The position numbers were made by a program, and so were the translations under genes. A stretch of 32,000 nucleotides of DNA. It comes from Thermococci archaeon. Its GTDB lineage: Archaea > Hadarchaeota > B88-G9. The stretch is from positions 7,992 to 39,991 of the forward strand of contig QMUK01000003.1 of the NCBI GenBank assembly GCA_003660555.1, in the 5' to 3' direction. Shown one piece after another: positions 1 to 9,915 of the stretch (positions are counted from its first letter, which is position 1; each line of letters opens with the position of its first letter). The notes under the pieces were generated by a model. It saw only the letters and a program-made list of their open reading frames with translations, searched no databases and was not told where the DNA came from.

Positions 1-337
1 CCCTCACTTCCAAGGGGGCGTGAAGATACACTTTCAGGTCAGCGTCCTCCAAGATCCACCCTCCGAGTCTGGAGTCAACCACTAAATTCTCTTCCTTATC
101 CCTAAGGGATTCGACTATCTCCTTTTGCTTCCTATCCAGCTCCTCATCTATTCTCAAATCTCTCAACGCCCTCTCACTAAATTCCTCTAAGCTCATGCCT
201 CGTTCTCTGGCCATCTCTCTGAATATTTCCCCTATGCTTATCAGTTTGAAACAGTCCCTTTTAGAGAGAAGCTTGGCTAAGGTGCTCTTTCCACTTCCTG
301 GTGGCCCACTTATCGTTACAACTAGACCTTTACCCAA
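1..337 (-). CDS. cmk: cytidylate (CMP) kinase, archaeal type; 3' end cut by the window edge
   Basis: My own translation of the minus strand from TTG at 337 gives (M)[57 protein letters not shown]. It has a P-loop (GPPGSGKS) and an archaeal Cmk-like N-terminus. The position after rpl34e is canonical. An in-frame TAG lies 3 codons upstream of the TTG, so TTG is the only possible start. Confidence 0.8.
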   Translation of the reverse strand, partial: MGKGLVVTISGPPGSGKSTLAKLLSKRDCFKLISIGEIFREMARERGMSLEEFSERALRDLRIDEELDRKQKEIVESLRDKEENLVVDSRLGGWILEDADLKVYLHAPLEVR

Positions 338-603
338 GCCTCCCTAGCCCTCCTGATCAATTCTCTCCTCAAACACCTCGGACAAAGGTATCCTCCATAT
401 GGTCTGTTCGGTCTCCTCTCACTCTTTGAAAGCTTCCTCATTTCGCTAGGTCGCAATCTAGGAACACCATTTAGGATAGAACCACAATTGGCACATTTAG
501 CCCAGTCCACCTTCTTCCTCCTGTAGTGGATTACTGTTCTCCCTCCTGGAGTCCTCCTGTATACTTTCCTAGCTGAACTACTTCTTTGCCAAGGCTTAGG
601 CAT
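322..603 (-). CDS. rpl34e: 50S ribosomal protein L34e
   Basis: 93 aa: [34 protein letters not shown]..., the typical L34e signature with a Cys pair. ATG start. It sits in the conserved secY-distal cluster. Confidence 0.93.
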   Translation of the reverse strand: MPKPWQRSSSARKVYRRTPGGRTVIHYRRKKVDWAKCANCGSILNGVPRLRPSEMRKLSKSERRPNRPYGGYLCPRCLRRELIRRAREAWVKV

Positions 604-615
604 GTTCGACCCCCA

Positions 616-1197
616 CTATCTTATTCCAAATAATTTCCTCCAAAAACTACTGAATGCCCAAAAACACAAGAGATACCAACCCAGATAGCCTAGCCATTCC
701 CTGCCACCTATTAGGGGCAAGAAGGAAGGAATCTTGAAGGGAAGCATCACCACTTTTCTCTGCCCTATGAGGTCAAACAGAGGATTGGCCATTCCTCCCA
801 GAGAGATGCCTTCTTCCATTGATATCCAACTCAGAGAGTAGTTGTGTCTTAGCCAGTAGAAGAACAAGAATAGCGGGACTATATAGATCAGTGTAGGTTT
901 GAAGTTCTCCTTCATCATTTCAAATTGTAATTCATTCATTTTCTGCATCTTCTTTTGCATCTTCATGACGTTCTTCTTTTTGTCCTTGATTCCCTCCTTC
1001 CTCAGAGAATTCAGCTCTTTCCTAAGCTTGTCTAGCTCCTCTCTTATCCTTAGTACTTTCTCCTGATCCACGACCTTCAGATATATTAGAGTGATCACTA
1101 GAGTTATCGCTATGGAGAAGATGAGTATCAGCGAGGCGGGATATGGAAGCAAAGGTCCAAAGATCTTGTCCATGAAGGAATAAAAGGAATCTAACAT
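616..1197 (-). CDS. DUF106-family membrane protein (archaeal YidC/Oxa1/EMC3-like insertase homologue)
   Basis: 193 aa with an N-terminal TM helix, a K/E-rich coiled-coil (LRKELNSLRKEGIKDKKKNVMKMQKKMQKM), then two more hydrophobic helices. The position between secY and rpl34e is conserved in archaea. GGAGGGG SD lies upstream of the ATG. Confidence 0.75.
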   Translation of the reverse strand: MLDSFYSFMDKIFGPLLPYPASLILIFSIAITLVITLIYLKVVDQEKVLRIREELDKLRKELNSLRKEGIKDKKKNVMKMQKKMQKMNELQFEMMKENFKPTLIYIVPLFLFFYWLRHNYSLSWISMEEGISLGGMANPLFDLIGQRKVVMLPFKIPSFLPLIGGREWLGYLGWYLLCFWAFSSFWRKLFGIR

Positions 1198-1214
1198 TCC
1201 TTATTCCCCTCCTG

Positions 1215-2648
1215 CTACCGACTTACTTCAAATACCTTCCTTATTGCTGGGAACATCTCACTGAGCTGTTCTGAGGCCATTTCTTCGTATAGTCTGTACA
1301 CTATCCCAGTAGTAAGCAATATACCTGTTCCTGTGCCCAAGGCTCCCCATAGGTCAGCGAACGAGGCTATGAACCCTATGAAGGCTGAACTCATTAACGT
1401 TATAGGCGGGATGTATCTCCCAAGTATCTTCTCCATAACTCTGATATCCCTTCTGAATCCTGGTATCTGCATTCCAGCCTTATGCAGTTGCTGAGCTACG
1501 TGCTTAGCATCCATTCCAGTTATGTCCACCCAGAGCCACCCGAACATTATGGAGAAGGAGATCATTGCTCCAACGTAAACTAGGAAATGGGGGAGATTCT
1601 CCATGAAAGTTCCTGTGTACAAGGAGTGATATAGCTTGGGCGGAGAGCTCAGATAATAGGCTAGCCCACCGACCAGGTTTCCTTCAACGTCCCATTTAGC
1701 TATTAAGTCTGCACCCGGGGCACCCACTTTGTGCAATAGGAATCCCCACAGCCTCACGTTTTGGAACAGGGCCACGGTGAGTATTACTGGTATATTGGAT
1801 ACGTATACGAACCTCAGAGGATATCTACCCCTTGCACCCCTCACAGATCCATAGGTCAATGGAATCTCTATTCTCATACTCTCTGCGTATACCACCATCA
1901 CGAATACTGCTATGGTTGCCAGAACTCCTATCATGTCAGGATATATGCCAGGTTTTATGATAGTTTCCGATATTGGAGGGGATCCCTTCAATAGAGAGTT
2001 GACGAAATCAGGAATGGCTCCAATTTTGTGTCCAGGCAATCCCTCTGTCTCGAGAGGAGAGAAGGCCATCCACATTATCTGTTTAGAAACACCAGCTGCT
2101 ATGAAAAGGCTAACACCACTACCGAATCCCCATTTGGAGACGACCTCGTCCCAGAACCATATCATTATTCCTCCTATGAACATCTGCAAGGCTAGGATCC
2201 AAGTGGTCATGTCCATCTGAGGAGCGTACTGAAATCTAGATAGAGTAAAAGCCTCGAAGAGTGTGAGAACTATTACCAAGATTTTCTGTGTTCCTTGAAA
2301 GAGTACTCTGTCCTCTGGGTTAGTGTAATCTATGTTAATCATTTTTCCTCCGACTAGAAGTTGCATCACTATTCCGCCGGTGACTATGGGTCCTATTCCA
2401 AGTTCTATTATGGATCCCCTCTCCGAGGCCATGACAGTTCTCATTAGATCTGTGAATAGAGCAACTCTCGGCAGTTCTTCTGGTAATTTCCACATTTTAA
2501 CCTCAGACATCACGTAGAACAGAATTAATACTACTAGGGTCCAAAACAATTTCTCATTGAAGGAGACATGTCTCTTAGGAAGAGAGACCTCAGGCATTCT
2601 TCTTATCACAGGCATCAATACTCTGAGTTTTGACTCAGGCATTCTCAT
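1215..2648 (-). CDS. secY: preprotein translocase subunit SecY
   Basis: 477 aa multi-TM protein with ...PEVSLPKRHVSFNEKLFWTLVVLILFYVMSEV..GIGPIVTGGIVMQLL..; located after rpl15. ATG at 2648 or 2642 overlaps the rpl15 3' end. Confidence 0.95.
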   Translation of the reverse strand: MRMPESKLRVLMPVIRRMPEVSLPKRHVSFNEKLFWTLVVLILFYVMSEVKMWKLPEELPRVALFTDLMRTVMASERGSIIELGIGPIVTGGIVMQLLVGGKMINIDYTNPEDRVLFQGTQKILVIVLTLFEAFTLSRFQYAPQMDMTTWILALQMFIGGIMIWFWDEVVSKWGFGSGVSLFIAAGVSKQIMWMAFSPLETEGLPGHKIGAIPDFVNSLLKGSPPISETIIKPGIYPDMIGVLATIAVFVMVVYAESMRIEIPLTYGSVRGARGRYPLRFVYVSNIPVILTVALFQNVRLWGFLLHKVGAPGADLIAKWDVEGNLVGGLAYYLSSPPKLYHSLYTGTFMENLPHFLVYVGAMISFSIMFGWLWVDITGMDAKHVAQQLHKAGMQIPGFRRDIRVMEKILGRYIPPITLMSSAFIGFIASFADLWGALGTGTGILLTTGIVYRLYEEMASEQLSEMFPAIRKVFEVSR

Positions 2649-3081
2649 CCCCTAGCCGCTCTATTGCGCCACCTACCTCCTCAATCTTCCTTATTGCCTT
2701 TTCGGAAAAATGTCTGGCAATTATAGTCACAGGCTTCTTTAACTCCCCTTTTCCGATTACTCTGTCGTATCCCAATGAAACGAGGTCTAGCACAAGAGTG
2801 CCATCTTCCCTCTCTTGAGCAACTCCTCTATCGATCATCTGGCTTATCTGCCACAAATTTATCTCACTACTTGGTCTTCTCCTAGGGGGGGTAAACCCAT
2901 GTTTTCCGAAGTGATCGGGGTCATACTTCACGATCCAAGTCCACTTGTGTTTATGACTTCCGGCCATCCCTCTCCCACCTCTGTGTCCTGCCCCTTTTCT
3001 CTTCTTTACGCTACCTCCACCGCATGTTCTACTCCCTCTGAGTTTCCTTATTTTCCTCCTCTTTCTCCTCAATTCAAGCAC
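2635..3081 (-). CDS. rpl15: 50S ribosomal protein L15 (uL15)
   Basis: RRKRRKIRKLRGSRTCGGGSVKKRKGAGHRGGRGMAGSHKHKW is typical of uL15. The ORF-track start is GTG 3081. TTG at 3072 is preceded by GAGGTG at 6 nt and may be the true start. Confidence 0.92.
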   Translation of the reverse strand: MLELRRKRRKIRKLRGSRTCGGGSVKKRKGAGHRGGRGMAGSHKHKWTWIVKYDPDHFGKHGFTPPRRRPSSEINLWQISQMIDRGVAQEREDGTLVLDLVSLGYDRVIGKGELKKPVTIIARHFSEKAIRKIEEVGGAIERLGDENA

Positions 3082-3085
3082 CTCA

Positions 3086-3562
3086 CTAGATCATCCTAGA
3101 TAACAAGGAGTTTATCTCTTCTCCCCTGTATCCGAGAGCTCCACCTTCAGAGAAACTTCTTTTAATTCCTCCAAATCCCTTCTTGGGAGGTCTTAACCTG
3201 AAAACTGGCTTCAAATTAGGTATATCGGATAACTCCGCTTTAAATGACATGAATTCATCCACGAACTCATCTATGGAGGAAAATCTCGTATTATCTCTTA
3301 AGTATTCGTCAGTCAGTCTCTTATTCCCACTCAATCTCCCTCTTTTTCTCAGCAATTTGATCATGGAATCTCTGTTTATTTCACCCCAAGTCAGACATTC
3401 CTTAGCCCTTTGGAACATCCCTAGGTAACTAGGCCTATTGTCTACCACTACAGCGTGATTGGGTTTGTTCAATCTCAACATCTTCATGGTGTCCTCTGCT
3501 CTGAAGTCTACTCCAACTGTGCCTCTAACTCTAATAACACAAATCCTCCTAATTTCAGTCAC
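3086..3562 (-). CDS. rpl30: 50S ribosomal protein L30 (uL30)
   Basis: [57 protein letters not shown] matches the archaeal uL30 pattern. GTG start overlaps the rps5 end by 8 nt. Confidence 0.92.
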   Translation of the reverse strand: MTEIRRICVIRVRGTVGVDFRAEDTMKMLRLNKPNHAVVVDNRPSYLGMFQRAKECLTWGEINRDSMIKLLRKRGRLSGNKRLTDEYLRDNTRFSSIDEFVDEFMSFKAELSDIPNLKPVFRLRPPKKGFGGIKRSFSEGGALGYRGEEINSLLSRMI

Positions 3563-4172
3563 TTCTAATCACCATGTCCGAAGTTTTCTTGAGAGCATCG
3601 AATACTGCTTTAGCGAAGTTTATGGTAGTTTTAGTTTGCCCCAAGGTCCTGGACCAGACATCTTCTATACCAGATAGTCCGATAATTACTTTTCCAACGT
3701 CTCCTATGGCTAACCCCAATCCCCTAGGGGCTGGCAAGAGGACGACTCTCACGCTGGAGGACTTCCCCTCTACCCTGAATGGTATTGAATGAGGTCTGTC
3801 ACAACCACATTCCCAAGAGCCACATCCTCTCCTCACCTGGTATATGTTGAGCTTAGCATCATCGATTGCTTTCTTTATCGCAGGTCCAACCTCCTTTGCC
3901 TTTCCCTGACCCAATCCTACGTATCCTTCCCTATTACCCACTGCTGCCACTACCCTGAACTTAACTCTCCTACCGCTGTCGGTCATCCTCTGAACCATAC
4001 TTATGTCTATTACTTCTTCCTCCAAGCGAGGTAGAAGCGCGTCTACTATCTCTGGCTCCTTTATCGGTATTCCTCTCCTCATTATTTCCTCTATGCTCGT
4101 TATTTCTCCTTCCTTGACCATTCTACCTATTTTGGTCCTCGGGACCCACTCCTCTAGGGACGCCTCTGCCAA
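3555..4172 (-). CDS. rps5: 30S ribosomal protein S5 (uS5)
   Basis: [54 protein letters not shown]..; TTG start preceded by GAGGGGTGAT. Confidence 0.94.
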   Translation of the reverse strand: MAEASLEEWVPRTKIGRMVKEGEITSIEEIMRRGIPIKEPEIVDALLPRLEEEVIDISMVQRMTDSGRRVKFRVVAAVGNREGYVGLGQGKAKEVGPAIKKAIDDAKLNIYQVRRGCGSWECGCDRPHSIPFRVEGKSSSVRVVLLPAPRGLGLAIGDVGKVIIGLSGIEDVWSRTLGQTKTTINFAKAVFDALKKTSDMVIRSD

Positions 4173-4176
4173 TGGA

Positions 4177-4758
4177 TCACCCCTCGAAACTCTCTAATAT
4201 TTTTTCCTTTATTTCGTCAAAGTGTTTTGGAAGATCTCTTGGATCCAACCCTCTATTAAAGTAATGCGAAAACCTCTTCTTGGAATCCTCTCCTAGAAGT
4301 TCAGCATATGACGATATGTGTTCTCCTCGGATCCTTGATTCCTCCGGTAAAACTTCGCTATCGTGGGGGACATCTAGACCAGCGTCGATTACTCCTTTTA
4401 GGGCAGCGTAGATTTTACTACCTTTTACCGATGGATAAAGTCCCATGTCCAAGACTACTTCTCTTATTCCCTTTGATATACCTCTTAGTCCGCACAATAG
4501 TCCCGTTAGATAAGCAGCCGGCAAATTAGAGCAATATCCTTTCCATCCGAGTTTCCTGAGTTCCTTGGAATGAGCTGAGCATATTACTCTATCTCCTTCA
4601 GGTTTTGCTTCAATTATTTGGACAGTTAGGTGTCTAAGCGACTTTCTTATGACGAGACGAGGTTTTCCAGAAAGAAGTAACTTGTACCTTAGCCTGTAGT
4701 CCGTCTTACCCTCTCTCCTCCTCCTAAACATTACCTTATACCTAGGTCCCCTTGCCAT
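4177..4758 (-). CDS. rpl18: 50S ribosomal protein L18 (uL18)
   Basis: [28 protein letters not shown] is the typical archaeal uL18 N-terminus. I prefer ATG 4758 over the ORF-track TTG 4773. It overlaps the rpl19e end by 17 nt. Confidence 0.92.
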   Translation of the reverse strand: MARGPRYKVMFRRRREGKTDYRLRYKLLLSGKPRLVIRKSLRHLTVQIIEAKPEGDRVICSAHSKELRKLGWKGYCSNLPAAYLTGLLCGLRGISKGIREVVLDMGLYPSVKGSKIYAALKGVIDAGLDVPHDSEVLPEESRIRGEHISSYAELLGEDSKKRFSHYFNRGLDPRDLPKHFDEIKEKILESFEG

Positions 4759-5218
4759 TTCTCTCCCTCTCAAGAAGCTCGTGTTCTTTGACGTACATCA
4801 GTAGGTGAGATTTACTCCTGAAGAATCCTCCCTTAGCCATTAAGTACAATTTCCTATAAGTTCTACGTTCTATCTCTCCTTTATCCCTCATTTCCTTCAA
4901 CAACTTTCTTATTGGCCTTATACTCTTCATCCATGCCTCCTTTCTCCTTAACCTAGCGGTTTTTCTCCCTTTTCTTCTGCCGTGCCCCCTTCTTCTACCT
5001 TTTTTTCTTTTGACATCTCTTTCTCTCGCCCTGTGTCTGCTAGTCCCTTTCTCTTTTTTGACTTTTATAACACCTCTTTTGACCAAGAGTTTAATGTCTT
5101 CTCCAGTGACAGCAGACTTCACTCTATCTAGTTCATCTGGATCTATCCAAATTCTCTCCATCCCAACACCTAGGATTCTGGAGGCCATCCTTCTCTGTAC
5201 CTTGAGGTTCAACGCCAT
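4742..5218 (-). CDS. rpl19e: 50S ribosomal protein L19e
   Basis: [27 protein letters not shown]..; K/R-rich C-terminus. ATG at 5218 shares 1 nt with the rpl32e TGA. The ORF track uses GTG 5221. Confidence 0.92.
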   Translation of the reverse strand: MALNLKVQRRMASRILGVGMERIWIDPDELDRVKSAVTGEDIKLLVKRGVIKVKKEKGTSRHRARERDVKRKKGRRRGHGRRKGRKTARLRRKEAWMKSIRPIRKLLKEMRDKGEIERRTYRKLYLMAKGGFFRSKSHLLMYVKEHELLERERNGKGT

Positions 5219-5595
5219 CACCCGTTCAATACTCTAATTCCCAGTTCCTTGGCCTTAGACAATATCTCAGCCCTCTTTCTCTTTCCAACGGAGGAAGATA
5301 TTCTTACTGCTTCAGCTTCTGGATTAACATCGCTCAATTGGGACGGGCTAGATACCAAAACTTCCCTGTATCCACTGGGGTGAAATCCCCTTATGGTCCT
5401 TGGCTTTCTGTATCCCACTTTGACTCTAGGGGGCTTTTCCTTCATCCCAATCCTTACCTTGCTGTCCTTTCCTCTAGGTCTTCTCCACTTGTCACCTAGT
5501 TTCTTGAACCTGAAGTACTCGTATCTGACAAATTTGGGGATCTTTCTGGCCTCTTTTTCCTTTTTTCTCAGTCTCTTTACTTCTTCTGGCCTCAT
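5218..5595 (-). CDS. rpl32e: 50S ribosomal protein L32e
   Basis: [43 protein letters not shown] is the L32e signature. ATG start overlaps the rpl6 stop (ATGA). Confidence 0.92.
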   Translation of the reverse strand: MRPEEVKRLRKKEKEARKIPKFVRYEYFRFKKLGDKWRRPRGKDSKVRIGMKEKPPRVKVGYRKPRTIRGFHPSGYREVLVSSPSQLSDVNPEAEAVRISSSVGKRKRAEILSKAKELGIRVLNG

Positions 5596-6152
5596 AATAC
5601 CTTCTCCCCCTTCCGAACTATGTATATTCCGTCCTGGAATACTCTGTGGTCTAAACCGACTATTCTGGTGGCCTGTTCTATATTGGCTGCTGTTTGTCCT
5701 ACTTTCTCCTTGTCGATCCCCTCTACGAGTATAGTGTCTCCTTTAACGGAAACTTTGACTCCATCTAGGATTTTAGCTCTTCTAGGGCTCTTTTCTCCAA
5801 GGAAGTTTTCTATTATGACTTGGTCCCCCTCTACTTTGACTGTTACAGGGAAGTGAGAGTAAACCAACTTCATTTCATAGGTGAACCCCTCTGTGACACC
5901 CTTTATCATGTTCCTCAGGTGGGAAGAGTACGTTCCTAACATCGCTTTGTCTCGCCTCTTCGGCAGGATTGATTTCAGAATGACCTTCTTCCCTTCTGTG
6001 GATATCAGTACATTGTGGTAGTCCAGTACCCTTCTAATCTCACCCAGTTTCCCTCTGACTATTACTTCTCTGTTTCTCCCCTCTCCGTGCACTTCCACTT
6101 CTACACCATCTGGAATCTCTATTTCTTCCTTTATTTCCAAGGTTCTAGGCAT
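5592..6152 (-). CDS. rpl6: 50S ribosomal protein L6 (uL6)
   Basis: [23 protein letters not shown].. is the typical uL6 N-terminus. ATG 6152 has AGGGGTG 5 nt upstream. The ORF-track start 6173 would overlap rps8. Confidence 0.92.
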   Translation of the reverse strand: MPRTLEIKEEIEIPDGVEVEVHGEGRNREVIVRGKLGEIRRVLDYHNVLISTEGKKVILKSILPKRRDKAMLGTYSSHLRNMIKGVTEGFTYEMKLVYSHFPVTVKVEGDQVIIENFLGEKSPRRAKILDGVKVSVKGDTILVEGIDKEKVGQTAANIEQATRIVGLDHRVFQDGIYIVRKGEKVL

Positions 6153-6162
6153 TTGTACACCC

Positions 6163-6555
6163 CTAATATGCATATGCTAGTAACTTACCTCCTATTCCCA
6201 TTTCCTTGGCTTTTTTATGAGATATAACTCCATGAGAAGTAGTCAAAACTAGGACACCTATGTTTCTAGCTGGCAGAAATCTCTTCTCCCATTTTTCCAT
6301 TTCCTCTACTTTGACGGAGTATCTAGGTCTTATCACTCCACACTTGTTTATCCTTCCAAGCAATTTCACCCTGAATATCCCAGCTTTACCATCGTCTATG
6401 AGCTCGAATTCTCCTATGTACCCTTCTTCTTGCAGAACTCTCAGGACATTGCCTATTAACTTAGAGGCCGGCTTTATCACACACTCTCCGTGTCCAACCC
6501 TTTCGTGGTTCAATATGTTAGAAAGAGCGTCTGCTAGAGGATCTACCAAGGACAA
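6163..6555 (-). CDS. rps8: 30S ribosomal protein S8 (uS8)
   Basis: (M)[31 protein letters not shown]; TTG start with GAGGGGAT 4 nt upstream. Confidence 0.94.
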   Translation of the reverse strand: MSLVDPLADALSNILNHERVGHGECVIKPASKLIGNVLRVLQEEGYIGEFELIDDGKAGIFRVKLLGRINKCGVIRPRYSVKVEEMEKWEKRFLPARNIGVLVLTTSHGVISHKKAKEMGIGGKLLAYAY

Positions 6556-6568
6556 TTGTATCCCCTCG

Positions 6569-6730
6569 CTACATGTATTTCTTGAACCCCATTTTACGAG
6601 CGACTTCTCTGAAACACTTTCTGCATAGCATCAGTCCGTACCTCTGCATTACTGCTATGTGTGTACCACATCTGGTACACTTCCTAGATCCCTTCCCTAA
6701 CTTCTTGCTACCTTCAGTCTTCAACCACAT
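6569..6730 (-). CDS. rps14: 30S ribosomal protein S14 (uS14), zinc-binding type; absent from the supplied ORF track (<60 aa)
   Basis: My own translation gives [53 protein letters not shown] (53 aa). It has CxxC..CxxC and fills the canonical slot between rpl5 and rps8. The ATG follows an in-frame TGA and overlaps the rpl5 end by 17 nt. Confidence 0.88.
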   Translation of the reverse strand: MWLKTEGSKKLGKGSRKCTRCGTHIAVMQRYGLMLCRKCFREVARKMGFKKYM

Positions 6731-7247
6731 TCACCCCCAGCTCCTCAGATACGAACTCTATTGCCTCTTCTTTACTAACTCTATGCCTCTTCGGTATTTT
6801 GCCTCTCTTTATCTTTCTCCTCTTAACTCTATGCCCGGGTTTTTCTAGAGTGACGCACACGTCCATCCCGAATATGCCAACTTCTGGATCGTACTTCATT
6901 CCAGGTATGTCTATGTGTTCTCTTATTCCGAAGGAGAACCCCCCCTCCAGAGAGAAGTTCTCTCTCCTGAGGTTATAGTCTACTGCTCCTAACAACTTTT
7001 TCAAGACTTCTATTGCCCTTTTGCCCCTTAAGGTTACCTTACAACCTATTGGTTCTCCCTTCCTTATGCCGAAATCTCTGTTAGTTCTCTTAGCTATAGT
7101 TCTCACGGGTTTCATCCCAGTTATTTCTTCTAGCAACTTCTCTGCTTTGCTTAACCTCTCCCCAGATTCTCCCACACCCATGTTAACGGTGACTTTCTCT
7201 ATCCTCGGTTTGGTCATCGGCTGCTTCTCCCAAGCTTCCTTGAACAA
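6714..7247 (-). CDS. rpl5: 50S ribosomal protein L5 (uL5)
   Basis: (M)[31 protein letters not shown]..; TTG start with GAGGTGAT 6 nt upstream. Confidence 0.94.
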   Translation of the reverse strand: MFKEAWEKQPMTKPRIEKVTVNMGVGESGERLSKAEKLLEEITGMKPVRTIAKRTNRDFGIRKGEPIGCKVTLRGKRAIEVLKKLLGAVDYNLRRENFSLEGGFSFGIREHIDIPGMKYDPEVGIFGMDVCVTLEKPGHRVKRRKIKRGKIPKRHRVSKEEAIEFVSEELGVNVVED

Positions 7248-7259
7248 TTATTCATCACC

Positions 7260-7970
7260 TCAGCGTATTGTCAACACAGGCTCTTTCTCTCCCACAGGGA
7301 AGGCGTACTCCATTAGAGTCTCCATTGGTCTCCCATCTAGTTCATATCTAATTACGTTTGGTTGGGGCCCTTTTATTATCTTAATTTCGGATAACGTCCC
7401 TATCTCTCCGAAATGTCTCCCTCCTATTATCAAGATCTTCACTCCCTCTTTAAATCTCACAGACTCCAATATTTCCTGTTCCGGTATTCTGATTAGTAGA
7501 GAGTCCATCGTCTTGTACTTATTGACGTCGCTTTGATCTATCAGTATGTTCCTTCCATCGTGTAGGTTTAGCTGTATTCTTCCCCCTTTGACGTATCTTT
7601 TATCCTCAATTCTACACAATTTCAATTCTTTCTCTTTTTCTGGTATTTTAATTGGCTCCAGCCTCCCATTGCTCATGGAAACTATCCTGAACACGTCTCC
7701 GGTATCAGGTATCTCTACTACATCCATGAGTCCAACGGGAAATTTGTAATCCTTCCTGACTCTACCATCGACGAGTATTTTACCAGATTTTATTATTTTT
7801 TTACCTTCTCGGGAATTTCTGGCGTACTTCAATCTATCTCTTATTAGAACAAGTAGGGGTATGCACATGTCTTTTGGATGGGGGCCTGGAGATGGCTTCA
7901 CTGCCCACTTATGCTCCTTCCTTGGTATTTTATAGTGATCTGGGGAGACGAGCCTCTTCAAATGGGGCAA
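7260..7970 (-). CDS. rps4e: 30S ribosomal protein S4e
   Basis: PHLKRLVSPDHYKIPRKEHKWAVKPSPGPH is the S4e N-terminal signature. TTG start with GAGGTGAT just upstream. Confidence 0.93.
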   Translation of the reverse strand: MPHLKRLVSPDHYKIPRKEHKWAVKPSPGPHPKDMCIPLLVLIRDRLKYARNSREGKKIIKSGKILVDGRVRKDYKFPVGLMDVVEIPDTGDVFRIVSMSNGRLEPIKIPEKEKELKLCRIEDKRYVKGGRIQLNLHDGRNILIDQSDVNKYKTMDSLLIRIPEQEILESVRFKEGVKILIIGGRHFGEIGTLSEIKIIKGPQPNVIRYELDGRPMETLMEYAFPVGEKEPVLTIR

Positions 7971-7974
7971 GGAA

Positions 7975-8343
7975 TCACCTCTTTCTCCTCTCTACGATTT
8001 TCCTCCTTTCTTCATCATCCAAGTTCACTTTTGTTATTAGGAGATTAGATGGATGAATTGGATAGTAAACATCAGTTCCGTCAGCTTTCTCGAGTATCGC
8101 TCCCTCTACGAAGACCCTCATTCTCTTCAAGTCTACTTTAGCCACCTCTCCCTCTAAACCTTTAAAGTCACCTCTCGTTATTGTTACTCTGTCACCGGCT
8201 CTGACGGGCAATCTCTTTACTCCCAACTCCTTTCTTAGTTCCTTAGATAACTTAACTGACATTAGTTTTTGTCTTAAGTGAAGTGGGGACCTGAAAAGCC
8301 TCTTCCTTTGTTTCCTCGGCTGACTGCTCTTCTTTACGCTCAT
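7975..8343 (-). CDS. rpl24: 50S ribosomal protein L24 (uL24)
   Basis: [53 protein letters not shown] (KOW motif). Confidence 0.93.
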   Translation of the reverse strand: MSVKKSSQPRKQRKRLFRSPLHLRQKLMSVKLSKELRKELGVKRLPVRAGDRVTITRGDFKGLEGEVAKVDLKRMRVFVEGAILEKADGTDVYYPIHPSNLLITKVNLDDEERRKIVERRKR

Positions 8344-8355
8344 TTCATCTTCCCC

Positions 8356-8775
8356 CTAGACTACTATGCTGGCGGCTCCTGCTATCTTAGGCCACCTCTC
8401 AACTGCCTCTCTTGCAACTGGACCCCTTATTTCCGAGCCCTTTGGGCTACCGTCGGGATTCGTTATTATAGCTGCATTGTCTTCGAAGAATATTCTTATT
8501 CCATCTTCTCTCCTGTATTTCTGCCTCTGTCTTATTATCACAGCGTATAACACTTGTTTTCTCATCTCCGGAGTACCTTTTTTTACGGAAACTACAACCA
8601 TGTCCCCTATCATAGCTGAGGCCCTTCTTCTCAGGACGCCTTTGTATCCAATTACTGATATTATCTCCAACTCCTTAGCTCCAGTGTTATCTGCGCATAT
8701 TAGCCTAGACTTCGGCTGCAATCCCCTTGTCCTTCTTGGACCAGGAACAAATGAGGCTTTACTACCTTTAGGCAA
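8356..8775 (-). CDS. rpl14: 50S ribosomal protein L14 (uL14)
   Basis: ..[37 protein letters not shown]..; TTG start with GAGGGTGA 5 nt upstream. Confidence 0.94.
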   Translation of the reverse strand: MPKGSKASFVPGPRRTRGLQPKSRLICADNTGAKELEIISVIGYKGVLRRRASAMIGDMVVVSVKKGTPEMRKQVLYAVIIRQRQKYRREDGIRIFFEDNAAIITNPDGSPKGSEIRGPVAREAVERWPKIAGAASIVV

Positions 8776-8780
8776 TTAGT

Positions 8781-9107
8781 TCACCCTCTCCCAAGTTTTT
8801 TAATTATAACAAAGTGTTTCGTCTTACTTATCGGTCGAGTCTCCATGATCAGTACCCTGTCTCCTTCTCTCGCATTTATGCAAGGAGGATTATGAGCTGG
8901 GATCTTGGAAGTTCTCTTCTCATATCTCTCGTACTTCCTGACGTACTTGTAGTACTCTCTCTTCACTATTGCGGATTTTCTCATCTTCGCACTCACTACA
9001 ATACCTTCAAGTACTCTACCCCTCACTGGTAAGCTACCATGGAATGGACAGTTCTCATCGTTACATTCCTCATCTGGTGGCTCAATTTGGATTCCTATGT
9101 CCCTCAT
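8781..9107 (-). CDS. rps17: 30S ribosomal protein S17 (uS17)
   Basis: [68 protein letters not shown]. Confidence 0.93.
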   Translation of the reverse strand: MRDIGIQIEPPDEECNDENCPFHGSLPVRGRVLEGIVVSAKMRKSAIVKREYYKYVRKYERYEKRTSKIPAHNPPCINAREGDRVLIMETRPISKTKHFVIIKKLGRG

Positions 9108-9370
9108 ATCTTATACCTCTTTTTGAGTCTTTCCTCAGGTCTACCAAGCAGTAATTTCCCATCAACCCTTAATCCATCTATTAGGAGCACGACGTTCTCC
9201 TTAGCCAACACCACCGCCTTACTTCCACGAAGTATTTTAAGAGTTTTCCTAGTTTCGTCTATTACCTCTCCTCTCACGCCAATCAAGGATGGGTCTGGGC
9301 TAGCCAATACCTCCACTTCTTTCCCTATTATGCCCGACCTTAGTACTGCCAGTATTTTTCTCGCACTCAT
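9104..9370 (-). CDS. rnp1: RNase P protein component 1 (Rpp29/Pop4), short form
   Basis: 88 aa. [18 protein letters not shown]...[16 protein letters not shown] matches the Rpp29 Sm-like core (GxxGxVIDETxNxL ... GRPExRLKKR). The position between SUI1 and rps17 is conserved. Confidence 0.85.
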   Translation of the reverse strand: MSARKILAVLRSGIIGKEVEVLASPDPSLIGVRGEVIDETRKTLKILRGSKAVVLAKENVVLLIDGLRVDGKLLLGRPEERLKKRYKI

Positions 9371-9678
9371 TATCTCACGTCTATGGAGTCACTGGGGAAT
9401 CCCATTTCCACAAGTATTTCCTTGACTTTCTCTCTGTGATCTCCTTGAAGCTCTATTTTCCCGTCCTTGTACGTTCCCCCACAAGCCAATTTCGACTTAA
9501 GCTTTTTAGCCAAATCCTTTAGGTCTATTTCCCTTTCGTCTATCCCTTCTATTATGGTCATTATTTTTCCGAATCGTCGCTTCAGTGCGTATATCCTGAT
9601 GCTCTGCTGCTCCATTGCTATCTGGTTGCACACACAGAGCTCCTCCGGCAGACCACAAACCTTACATATCTTAGACAT
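9370..9678 (-). CDS. translation initiation factor aIF1 (SUI1 family)
   Basis: [68 protein letters not shown] is the SUI1 fold signature with an N-terminal Zn knuckle. Confidence 0.9.
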   Translation of the reverse strand: MSKICKVCGLPEELCVCNQIAMEQQSIRIYALKRRFGKIMTIIEGIDEREIDLKDLAKKLKSKLACGGTYKDGKIELQGDHREKVKEILVEMGFPSDSIDVR

Positions 9679-9711
9679 CTGCTATCTTACTCCTCCTTTT
9701 GGTTTTTTTAC

Positions 9712-9915
9712 TTATAGGACACCTCTTTCTCTCTTTATTGTTATGAGTCTAGCTAAAGTCCTCCTAATTTCCTTCATTCTACCAGGATTCTCTATGGAAC
9801 CACCAGAAGCTCTTATAGTCTTTTCCCTAGAGAGTTCATCTCTCATCTCTCTTATTTTCTCATCTATCTCCTCAAGACTCATGGCTCTGATTTCCTTGGC
9901 TCTCAGTATCGCCAA
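9712..9915 (-). CDS. rpl29: 50S ribosomal protein L29 (uL29)
   Basis: (M)[31 protein letters not shown]..; TTG start with GAGGTGA 6 nt upstream. It lies 44 nt inside the rps3 3' end. Confidence 0.9.
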   Translation of the reverse strand: MAILRAKEIRAMSLEEIDEKIREMRDELSREKTIRASGGSIENPGRMKEIRRTLARLITIKRERGVL

